From a virus (lineage: Duplodnaviria > Caudoviricetes): a stretch of DNA of 24,813 bases. Position 1 is the first letter of the stretch; each line of letters starts with the position of its first letter. The stretch lies in the IMG/VR virus record IMGVR_UViG_3300044949_001706, positions 1-24,813 of that record; one strand, written 5' to 3'. The notes below the pieces were generated by a model. The model saw only the letters and a list, made by a program, of their open reading frames with translations. It searched no databases and had not been told where the DNA came from. Positions 9,537 to 16,944 of this stretch are shown piece after piece. The position numbers and the translations under genes are program-made.

Positions 9537-10157
9537 TCAGGTGTCGGCGGTGAAGGTGATCCCCGGGATGTCGATCTCGAGGAGGACCAGGCCGGCGCCG
9601 CTGGTTTCAGACAGCCAGCGAGCCCCGCCAGTCATGGCGAAGGTCTTGTTGGCCACGGCGGTCTTGGTGAAGCGACCCACGTAGGCACCGGTGACGGTGG
9701 ACGAGTGGTCGACGCCGAAGAAACGCACAGCATCACCGAGGGCGATGGCGGCGGTGCTGTAGACCCAGACGACGCCTTTGGAGACGACGTTCATGGTCTG
9801 GCCATTCGGGTAGCCCACGCGAAGGGAGCCGTCACCGATGACGTTGGTGGGGTTGGGGGTGTAGGCAGAGCTGCCACCAACGCCCTCGAAGGTCAGACCG
9901 TCAACGGCCAGACCCACGACACCGGTGCCGCTGGTTGCCAGCAGCACAGCAAAGGGATCGTTGCTGGTGGGGTCGTTGTCGGTGGCGACCAGCGAGCCGA
10001 AGGGGATGGCAACGCCGGACTGGTTGTAGTAGCTGCGGGACACATAGGCCTGCAGGTCAGCGATCATGCCCTCGTGGCCCACGGTCAGCTCCAGGGGGTA
10101 GCTGCCTTGAGCGCCGGTCGGGTTGCTGACGACAGTAGGGGTGAAAGATACGGCCAT
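9537..10157 (-). CDS. Head decoration / cement protein
   Basis: 206 aa between protease and capsid with a strong RBS (TAAGGAG); GHEGMIAD, IPFG and MNVVSKGVVWV motifs. Confidence 0.75.
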   Translation of the reverse strand: MAVSFTPTVVSNPTGAQGSYPLELTVGHEGMIADLQAYVSRSYYNQSGVAIPFGSLVATDNDPTSNDPFAVLLATSGTGVVGLAVDGLTFEGVGGSSAYTPNPTNVIGDGSLRVGYPNGQTMNVVSKGVVWVYSTAAIALGDAVRFFGVDHSSTVTGAYVGRFTKTAVANKTFAMTGGARWLSETSGAGLVLLEIDIPGITFTADT

Positions 10158-10170
10158 TGGAAGGAACTCC

Positions 10171-11451
10171 TTACTTGGTAGCGGTGAGGGGACGTTTCCA
10201 AGCGTCAGTCACCTTGCTGCGATAGGCAGCGATGGGGCTGTCGGTGGAGCGGCCGGCACCTTTCAGCGCGTCACGCAGGGTGGCGGTGCTGTCGGCGCGA
10301 TCGGAATCGGCGTCCTCTTTGGTTTCGCCGTCGGCATCCTCGGAGTCGTCGTCCTCGGGGTCGCCATCTTCGTCGCCTTCGGCGTCAGCACGGGCGGCGA
10401 GGATGCCTTCAACCACGCCCTGGATGTAGGCGGGTTCGGCGTCGTCGCGAGGTGCGGAGCCGGTGAGGTTCTCGAAAGCCTGTACGTACAGGGAGGCGTC
10501 GTCGATACCGTCGAACTTGAAGTCCTCGGTGAACGCGGGGGCGAGGCGTTGCAGGGTCGCGAGGCGCTCGGCGACGAGCTGGTCGAGCTCGGCGGTGTCG
10601 ATGCGGGCGTCGCCGGAGGCAGCGAGCTGCTCCTCGAGTGCATCGGCACGACCTTCAGCGGCCTCTTTGTCGTAGGCCAGAGCGTCGAAGTCGGCCTGCA
10701 GAGTGTCGAGCTTGGTGGCAAGCTCGTCGCGCTCGGTGGTGAGTGCTTGCAGTTGGCGCCCCATGTCCCGGGAGTAGGACTGGACCGCGCTGGCTGCTTC
10801 TGCGGGCAGATCGATCTCCAGGCCGTCGAGTTTGACGGTTGCCATAACGGGAGATGCAGTTGAACTGGACTGGGGCGCCATTTCGTGCTCGGGGAAGGCG
10901 GCTACAGCATCCGCTGCATCCATTCGATCGAGCAAGAGTCGTACCTCCGGGCCAGCCCGGCCGCGGGGGACGATGGCGATGTGGTTCACCCGGATGTTGC
11001 GCTGAACGCCGGCGTACTCTTCGCCCTCGGGGGTGATTCCGGGGGTGGGGTCAAAGTCGACCTTGTAGCCGGCAGATACCTCGGTGGCATCCTTGCGCTT
11101 GATCTTCTCGATGGCATCGGCGTCGGTGACAACGAGTGCGACTTCGACAAAACCGTCGTTGTACCGAACTTGGCTACCGGAGTAGCCGACTTGGTACTGC
11201 TTGGTGTTGGCGGAGTCGAGAAGAACCGGTGGGTGACCCCACGTTGCGGGTTTCATGCCGAACGTGGAGAGGGAGTCCGGGTTACTGACCTCCTCAGGGG
11301 GTCGGTATTCGCGGACTTGGGAGCCATCAGACCGGCGGTAGAGCTGCGTACCCGAGCGGGCGGCGCGACACCAAACCCGGAGGTAGCCCTCGGGGGTGGT
11401 TTCGCTGCCCGTGATGGGAGCGAAGTCGTACCTGGACACTGATGTTTCCAT
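10171..11451 (-). CDS. DUF2213-type prohead protease/scaffold
   Basis: TPEGYL, ARSGTQLY, RPPEEV, GHP, EVSAGY and QRNIRVNHIAIVPRGRAGPEVRL motifs, followed by an acidic coiled-coil scaffold-like C-terminus. Confidence 0.88.
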   Translation of the reverse strand: METSVSRYDFAPITGSETTPEGYLRVWCRAARSGTQLYRRSDGSQVREYRPPEEVSNPDSLSTFGMKPATWGHPPVLLDSANTKQYQVGYSGSQVRYNDGFVEVALVVTDADAIEKIKRKDATEVSAGYKVDFDPTPGITPEGEEYAGVQRNIRVNHIAIVPRGRAGPEVRLLLDRMDAADAVAAFPEHEMAPQSSSTASPVMATVKLDGLEIDLPAEAASAVQSYSRDMGRQLQALTTERDELATKLDTLQADFDALAYDKEAAEGRADALEEQLAASGDARIDTAELDQLVAERLATLQRLAPAFTEDFKFDGIDDASLYVQAFENLTGSAPRDDAEPAYIQGVVEGILAARADAEGDEDGDPEDDDSEDADGETKEDADSDRADSTATLRDALKGAGRSTDSPIAAYRSKVTDAWKRPLTATK

Positions 11452-11513
11452 GCTTAAGAGCTTACCGGTTCTTGTGCGTTTGCTTAGCTTTATGCACAGA
11501 GCGGTTACAGCAC

Positions 11514-11729
11514 TTGGCGATTCATAGGCAGTTGACGTTGTGTCGGCGTATCAGAGCGCTTAGGGAATACCATAAGTTTACGCAGTTTGAAGTTGCAGAG
11601 AGGTTAGGCGTTAGCCAAGCTGCATATTCGCGGTTAGAAAAAGGAGAGATAGAGGTGTCAGTTATGAAGCTGATAGCTTTGAGCGAGATCTACGATGTTA
11701 GGTTGCAGGAATTAGTAAAGGATATCTAG
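11514..11729 (+). CDS. XRE-family helix-turn-helix regulator
   Basis: RIRALREYHKFTQFEVAERLGVSQAAYSRLEKGEIEVS is a classic Cro/cI HTH. Start uncertain: TTG 11514 is preferred because the track ATG 11442 overlaps the divergent protease start. Confidence 0.85.
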   Translation: MAIHRQLTLCRRIRALREYHKFTQFEVAERLGVSQAAYSRLEKGEIEVSVMKLIALSEIYDVRLQELVKDI

Positions 11730-12991
11730 ACAATCTCGAACCACGCGAGGTCGAGGAACAGCTTGGCGGCATCGTTGGTGGGGGTAGCGGCGATTAGCAG
11801 GGTGTCGCTTACGCCAGCAAGGGTGCGACCGAGCTGGAAATTGAAGTCTGTAATGCTCCCGAGGTCTAGTGAAGAAGAGCTTGTGAGATAGCCACCTGCG
11901 ATCTCGGTACCACCGGTGAAGCTGGTTATTGTGGTGTTGTACTGGACGTTGTTATTGCTGTGAGTAGCCCATGTACCTCCTGTAATTGTGGGGTTAAGCA
12001 AAACGTGGTACTGGACAATGTCTAGCTTGTTGCTGGTCGTCTGTTCGACAGCTGCATTTAAGTTTGATGGGACAACTACACTATCTAAACGGGTGCTGTT
12101 TAAGCGCAGCGCCATGATTGGGTAGATGGTGCCGGCCGTCGTAAGCGTTACGGCGGTAGATCCCGTTGCAATGTTGTAGCGACGGCTGAAGCCTTCGTAT
12201 CCGCCCTCGGAGGCGACTGTGTTGCAGATCTGCTTTGCGGTAGCTGAGGTCGCAATAGTTCCTGTGTTCTCGATCTCCTGGCGTAGGGGGAGGATTGCAG
12301 TCGTCATGTAGCTGGTTGTGTTGATGTTGTCGCCGTGGAAGGTGTGAGCGATGACCATGCGGCCATCGACGACGAAGCCGCAGCGGACATCGCCGACACC
12401 GAGCCACTCGATGTCGATCCAGAAGATCTGGGTTTTGGAGAGGTCGAGAGTGCGGCCGGAAAGGCCGGTGCCATCGAATTTGTCGTTGTTCCAGTCGGCC
12501 TGGGCGATGCGGGTATTGACGACCTCGCCGGTGACGTAGCTGCGGCGAACGAGGTAGGTAGCAGTGCCATCGCTCTCGAGATAGATGCCGTTCTGGGTGC
12601 CGAAGTAGCCGATGCGTTGGCGCAGGTTGGTTCGAGGCGCGGCGAAAGCGAAGGACGTCATCACCAGCATCGATTTACCGGGCTGGTAAGGGAAGACGCG
12701 CTTGGTTTCGCGGTAGACGTAAGCGCCAGAGGTTGTTGGGACGGTGAGATTGACGCAGCTTTCGTTGGCGGCGTAGGTCTTAGAGCCGCCGCCATTTAGT
12801 GCTGTGTCCCACTTGTCGTTCTCTTGATAGCGATGCTGGCTATCGAAGATGGTGAAGGGCGAACTTGTACGGAGACGGCCGAAGGCGTCACCACTGGTGC
12901 CGGTGTTAGCGAGGACGGGTACGGGATATTCGACGTCGCCACGGACGTACTCGAGTTCGTAGCGGTCGTTATTGACGATGCGTTGGCCCAC
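11726..12991 (-). CDS. Hypothetical beta-rich phage protein, probably virion-associated
   Basis: 421 aa, Thr/Ser/Gly-rich; DAFGRLRTSSPFTIFDS, FPYQPGKS and DIEWLGVGDVRCGF motifs recalled from aquatic phage hypothetical proteins; own -10-like box at 13015-13020. Confidence 0.7.
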   Translation of the reverse strand: MGQRIVNNDRYELEYVRGDVEYPVPVLANTGTSGDAFGRLRTSSPFTIFDSQHRYQENDKWDTALNGGGSKTYAANESCVNLTVPTTSGAYVYRETKRVFPYQPGKSMLVMTSFAFAAPRTNLRQRIGYFGTQNGIYLESDGTATYLVRRSYVTGEVVNTRIAQADWNNDKFDGTGLSGRTLDLSKTQIFWIDIEWLGVGDVRCGFVVDGRMVIAHTFHGDNINTTSYMTTAILPLRQEIENTGTIATSATAKQICNTVASEGGYEGFSRRYNIATGSTAVTLTTAGTIYPIMALRLNSTRLDSVVVPSNLNAAVEQTTSNKLDIVQYHVLLNPTITGGTWATHSNNNVQYNTTITSFTGGTEIAGGYLTSSSSLDLGSITDFNFQLGRTLAGVSDTLLIAATPTNDAAKLFLDLAWFEIV

Positions 12992-13037
12992 GGGTAGATA
13001 GCGCTGCTGCTATCAGGCTAGGGGCGTTCAAGGGGGT

Positions 13038-13175
13038 GGCAGGTGGCTAAGGCTCACGCACCAGGGCCTCACCGCAGCCTGCCGCTGCGGACCGCCTAGA
13101 CGTTGATAAACGACTAGAGGGACAGAGTAGACGGTGACAGGGCAGCGCCACTGCGATTTAAGCTCGCGGGATACC
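13038..13175 (-). ncRNA. Candidate structured non-coding RNA
   Basis: Part of a ~190-nt intergenic gap with several stems (CCGCAGC/GCTGCGG 13072-13090, AGGC/GCCT 13050-13069, CTAG-CGTT/AACG-CTAG 13096-13117) and a TAGACT -10-like box at 13178-13183. Confidence 0.35.
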
Positions 13176-13185
13176 CAAGTCTAGA

Positions 13186-14031
13186 TCAGCTACCTAAAAT
13201 ATCAACGAATATCACTTTAATGGTTTTAACTTTGTCTCCGGTAGAGCTACGAACTTCGGCTCCTGTTGTAGGGTTGACACTGTATCGCATCTGTATGCTG
13301 CGCACTCTATCGACACTATATGTAGTGTTTCTTTTTGTTAGGTATTCTTCTTCTTTTTCTATAGTCTTGACGAGTGATTTACCGTAGCGACTGTGTATGT
13401 GATAGGGCACGCGAGCCAAGCTGCCTCGAGCGACAATGAGCACACCCGGTACTTCTTTGCCATTGAGTGAGCTCTCTGCAAAAGACGTTCCCACGTCACG
13501 GCTACGGCTGAAACTTCCATAGGCTTTATCACTAATTCGGTCACCTGCTTTTAAGTTGGCCCATTCAGACTTGCTGGTGCCCGGTATACCACGAAAAAAT
13601 ACGCCTTTCTGTGTAGTGGCGTCTGAAAGCCAGCTATCTAGACCTTGTTTGATAAGGCTGTCTCTTTCATCAAGTTTTTTATCTGTGCGCAGCTTTCTGT
13701 TTAATCCATAGCTGGATAAAACGTAGTTATAGATAGCGTCATGCTCTTCCCGCCTGCGCGCGCGTGCACTTTCTTGTTTTAATTTTGCCCCTTGTAGAAT
13801 CTTCTGTTTACTATTAGCTTGTCCGTAAAGAATAGCTGCGATTCCTCCGACTGCTGCAGCACTAACGCCTGCAGCGATCCATTTAGATAAGTTCTGTTGG
13901 TTTTTAGTTAAATCGTTAGGGGCACTGGCGTTCTTAGTGCACTTATGCGTGCGAGGAATATGCGACTCGCCGCAGGGCTTTCCCTTGCCGCCCTTAAGGG
14001 CGTCGATTCGCGCTAGGCCGAGGACTTTCCC
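13186..14031 (-). CDS. ADP-ribosyltransferase (R-S-E clade, VIP2/C3/Alt-like) module, probably expressed as a -1 frameshift extension of 14013..14729
   Basis: EHDAIYNY...YGLNRKLR, VFFRGI, DKAYGSFS and EKEEEYL motifs; N-terminal CGESHIPRTHKC plus a hydrophobic helix; no ATG in the frame before these motifs; visibly AT-richer than its flanks. Confidence 0.8.
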   Translation of the reverse strand, partial: GKVLGLARIDALKGGKGKPCGESHIPRTHKCTKNASAPNDLTKNQQNLSKWIAAGVSAAAVGGIAAILYGQANSKQKILQGAKLKQESARARRREEHDAIYNYVLSSYGLNRKLRTDKKLDERDSLIKQGLDSWLSDATTQKGVFFRGIPGTSKSEWANLKAGDRISDKAYGSFSRSRDVGTSFAESSLNGKEVPGVLIVARGSLARVPYHIHSRYGKSLVKTIEKEEEYLTKRNTTYSVDRVRSIQMRYSVNPTTGAEVRSSTGDKVKTIKVIFVDILGS

Positions 14032-14729
14032 GGCGTGAGAGCTCCATCGCGGCGGCTGGTCTTGCCGGAGCAGCGCCACTTTGCCCGCGACAAGCACAGC
14101 GGGGTGTTGCGTTCAGCGCCGGCGCAGTTGTAGCCCTCGGATTTCATGTCGCCAAAACTTCTAGCACAGTAATTATTGCCGCGTTCGGTGCCCGGGGCGA
14201 TGCGGTAGCCCTTGGCGCCATAGCGGATGCGGTTCTTGCGGCCCGTTTCGGGGTTGGTCACCACCTTGGTGTACTTCTTGCCGTCCTCGGTGTCGAAACC
14301 AGTGGCCCAGACGTCGGTTTTGGAGCTCACCATGACAGGGGCGCCGGTGCGCTCTTTGCGTGGGTCTTCGCGGCGCTTGCGCGCGACGAGCCGGCGGCGC
14401 TCCGCAGGAGAAAGGTCCAGAGCTTTGGCGGAAGGTAGGCACTTTGGCTTACCTTCGCCCTCGGTGCGGTCACCACAAGGGCCGAGAATGCGGCCGCTGC
14501 TGCTCATGCGGACCCACTTTTCCTTGAACCACTTGTCGAGGGCGTCATTACGGAAGGTTCCGCCGCGCTTTTTGTATTCGCGGACCATCCAAGCGTTGGA
14601 ATATGCGCTCGGGTAGATCTTGAACTTGCGCTTGGCCTCTGCTTTTACTGCGGCGTGCAGCTTTTTGTCAGCAAAGATGACCCCGCGGGCGTCGGCGCGG
14701 AAGCGCAGCGTTGCGGGGGTGAGGTTCAT
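14013..14729 (-). CDS. Basic multi-module phage protein (DUF5872-like N-terminal part)
   Basis: 238 aa; YPSAYSNAWMVREYKKRGG, LDKWFKEKWV and KPKCLP motifs, then a second module (KKYTKVVTNPETG...NYCARS); ATGA overlap with the upstream gene; ends at a G GGA AAG site. Confidence 0.75.
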   Translation of the reverse strand: MNLTPATLRFRADARGVIFADKKLHAAVKAEAKRKFKIYPSAYSNAWMVREYKKRGGTFRNDALDKWFKEKWVRMSSSGRILGPCGDRTEGEGKPKCLPSAKALDLSPAERRRLVARKRREDPRKERTGAPVMVSSKTDVWATGFDTEDGKKYTKVVTNPETGRKNRIRYGAKGYRIAPGTERGNNYCARSFGDMKSEGYNCAGAERNTPLCLSRAKWRCSGKTSRRDGALTPGKSSA

Positions 14730-15838
14730 GGCTCGAAACCGGCGGCCCAGATGGAGTCGGAGCGCTTCATCTTGGCAGCGCCCTTGCGGGTGGTCTTGCT
14801 GCCCTTCTTGTAGCCCATCTTGTTGAGGGTGCCGTAGATGTAAGCGGCGGCGCGTTCACCTTTGAGGCCGCGAGCGGCGGCTTGCTTGGCGAGCTCGGCT
14901 TCCATGGCGGCGACTTTGGTGCCGCGGGGGTCCATGCGGGACTCGGCGTCAGCAGATTCGGAGTCGAGGCCCGGGGGGCGCTGCGCGGAGGGGCCGCGGT
15001 ACATGCGCTCGAGGGAAGCGCGTTGCTTGCTGCGGCGCGCGGTGCGGGCCATGGAGGCGGCGCCGATGGCGCTGCTAATAGCTTGGCCACCGGCGCTGAT
15101 GGCGCGGAAGGTGGCTTCCTTCTTCAAGCGAGCTCGGCCGGCAGCACTGCTGGTCTCTTGAGCTTTGGCCGCGGTGTTGAGGGCGCCGGCTGCGGTGAAT
15201 GCGGTGCGAGCGGCGCCAAAACCGGCGACCATGCCGGTCACATTCCCGGTGGCTAGGCCCGCCAAAGGAGCGAGAGCACCTGCGGCCCTGGTGAGATTGG
15301 CTGCGGTGCGTAGGCGCTGTGCAGCTTTGGTGTTAGGGGTGACGGTGCCGCGCTTGTACTGCGGGGGTTCGGCTTTTGTAGCGGGCCCCTTGGTGCACTT
15401 TTCGCCCTCGGAGATGGCACCCTTGCCACACTTCAGGTCGAGGCGCTCCGCGGTATCGAGGCGAGCTCGGATGTAGGTAGGGCTGCGGTCTTGGATGCCG
15501 AGCTCGCAGGCGTCGAGGTACTCGAGGGGTGTCAGTGAGTCGCCGCGCTTGCGCATGGAGCCGCAGTTGCCATCGCACTTGGCGCCCTTCTTGCCCTTAC
15601 AGCCGCACTCGGCATCCATGGGCTTTTTGCCGTAGCCGTCGGCAGCGGGCTTGGTGTGTTTGGCGCCCTTAGCGCTGCGCTTACGGCTGTGGCTGGCGGC
15701 CATGTCCATTTCCTCCTCCTCTTCCTCTTCTTCCTCTTCGGGGGATTCCATGTTGCGGGCGCGAGCTGCCATGGCGCGGCCTTCGCGGATGCCTTCTTCG
15801 TAGGCCTCGGATTTAGCGCGGCGTGTGGTGGCGGGCAT
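14726..15838 (-). CDS. Modular Lys/Arg/Ala-rich hypothetical protein with poly-Glu tract and Cys motif
   Basis: Track ORF 14726..15865; ATG 15838 (MPATTRR) or GTG 15865 as start; contains several R-x-D motifs and CGKGAISEGEKC. Confidence 0.75.
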   Translation of the reverse strand: MPATTRRAKSEAYEEGIREGRAMAARARNMESPEEEEEEEEEEMDMAASHSRKRSAKGAKHTKPAADGYGKKPMDAECGCKGKKGAKCDGNCGSMRKRGDSLTPLEYLDACELGIQDRSPTYIRARLDTAERLDLKCGKGAISEGEKCTKGPATKAEPPQYKRGTVTPNTKAAQRLRTAANLTRAAGALAPLAGLATGNVTGMVAGFGAARTAFTAAGALNTAAKAQETSSAAGRARLKKEATFRAISAGGQAISSAIGAASMARTARRSKQRASLERMYRGPSAQRPPGLDSESADAESRMDPRGTKVAAMEAELAKQAAARGLKGERAAAYIYGTLNKMGYKKGSKTTRKGAAKMKRSDSIWAAGFEP

Positions 15839-15926
15839 GGCGTAGAGCCCCGAGTATTGCTTCACACAGCGTAGCTGCCTTGTGCTATAGGGCTCGATAG
15901 GCTGAGAGCATCTATCTGTTCTAGTT

Positions 15927-16166
15927 ATGAACTTGCTTCGCTTAGTTGCTGGGAGTGGTGCGGCCTCGGGATTGCTGATTGGTCAGCTCGTTTTTGCTGC
16001 TTTCTTTGTCGGATCTTGTGAGATCCCAAATGTGCTCAACAGGGGTAGCGCTAATGCCTGTCTCGATCGTTGGATGACTACAGCTGCTCTGTTCTTTCCT
16101 TCAGGTGTAGCGGGTGCTGGTACAGCAGTTGCGCTGGATAAGGCAAAAAGGCGCTTTCTTGGCTGA
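15927..16166 (+). CDS. Small antisense-oriented membrane protein (79 aa)
   Basis: ATG start, two hydrophobic segments separated by a Cys-bounded loop, basic C-terminus (KAKRRFLG); fills an otherwise empty gap. Confidence 0.65.
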   Translation: MNLLRLVAGSGAASGLLIGQLVFAAFFVGSCEIPNVLNRGSANACLDRWMTTAALFFPSGVAGAGTAVALDKAKRRFLG

Positions 16167-16283
16167 TCAGTCGAAGGGCTGCGGGGCGAACTGTTCAAAG
16201 ACTGCGGCTTTGTTGAGGTCGGCCGGGCCGATGGTGGCTACGCGGGATACTTCTTCGCGGTGAGTGCGGGGAAGCGCGGCATA
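16167..16283 (-). pseudogene. Stranded duplicate of the MuF C-terminus
   Basis: YAALPRTHREEVSRVATIGPADLNKAAVFEQFAPQPFD* aligns with YASLPRRHREEVMKHAASPLSDDLTKSVFEAQAPRPAEEAT* at the end of 16892..17764; GC-rich like the 5' half of the MuF gene. Confidence 0.8.
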
Positions 16284-16289
16284 GCTCCG

Positions 16290-16349
16290 TAGAATAGATA
16301 GGTCAGCGGTGCTGGTAACACCCTGACCCCGGACAACCTGAGTTGGAGG
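16290..16349 (+). promoter_or_regulatory. Promoter -10 box, leader hairpin and RBS of the HNH-type gene
   Basis: TAGAAT 16290-16295; hairpin GGTCAG-c-GGTG-ctggtaa-CACC-CTGACC 16301-16328; GGAGG 16345-16349 before ATG 16354. Confidence 0.6.
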
Positions 16350-16353
16350 CGTC

Positions 16354-16944
16354 ATGTCAAGACTACTGGACCTGACAGGTCAGCGCTTTGGGCGTTGGCT
16401 CGTCATAAAAAGAGCAAAAGGACGCTATTGGCAGTGTAAATGTGACTGTGGGACGGTACGCAATGTTCAACGCAACTCACTAAAACGAAGGTCATCTAAA
16501 AGCTGTGGTTGTTGGGCTAATGAGCTACTTAGTAAAAGATCTAGGCGACATGGTATGCACAGATCACGTACCCATCTAGCCTGGGTAGGTTTAAAACAGC
16601 GTTGCGGTAAAGAAGTTGCGTATAAAGATATCGGATACGACCCTAAATGGGAAAAGTTTGAACATTTTTTAGAAGATATGGGTGTGTGCCCAGCTGGTTA
16701 CTCGATAGAACGCATAGATGTGCATGGTAACTACTGTAAAAATAATTGCATGTGGATACCTATGAAAGATCAGGCATTAAACAAACGAAATACTATTAAA
16801 ATTACAGTGGACAATGTTACATTGCCTGCGGTGGTATGGTGCCGGAAATTAAATTTAAACTATAATACTGTCATGAACCGACTCAGAACACTTAAGTGGC
16901 CTCCTCTGCAGGCCTTGGAGCTTGAGCCTCGAACACGGACTTAG
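16354..16944 (+). CDS. Free-standing HNH-type (homing) endonuclease
   Basis: LTGQRFGRWLVI, WQCKCDCG, SKSCGC, LKQRC, FLEDMG, SIERIDVHGNYCKNNCMW and QALNKR motifs; AT-rich; antisense to the operon and overlapping the MuF 3' end by 53 nt. Confidence 0.85.
   Translation: MSRLLDLTGQRFGRWLVIKRAKGRYWQCKCDCGTVRNVQRNSLKRRSSKSCGCWANELLSKRSRRHGMHRSRTHLAWVGLKQRCGKEVAYKDIGYDPKWEKFEHFLEDMGVCPAGYSIERIDVHGNYCKNNCMWIPMKDQALNKRNTIKITVDNVTLPAVVWCRKLNLNYNTVMNRLRTLKWPPLQALELEPRTRT

Noticed and set aside
8227-9684. 485-aa plus-strand ORF and many other long antisense ORFs (e.g. 10123..10863, 19063..19734, 20850..21509, 23141..23755)
   Set aside because: Shadow frames of GC3-biased minus-strand genes; no recognisable motifs, and they overlap well-supported genes.
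13978-13984. Second in-phase G GGA AAG within the ART leader (K-G-K codons)
   Set aside because: A -1 shift here reaches TAA after about 11 codons; most simply a by-product of the GKPCG motif, though it could further lower ART yield.
14032-14097. GTG 14097 as an independent start of the ART gene
   Set aside because: It lies inside the Cys-containing end of the upstream gene with no evident RBS; the frameshift explains the overlap better, though this start is not strictly excluded.
16167-16355. 62-aa track ORF as a real gene
   Set aside because: Its first ~23 codons are the reverse complement of the HNH promoter and leader; only the last ~38 codons are a MuF remnant.
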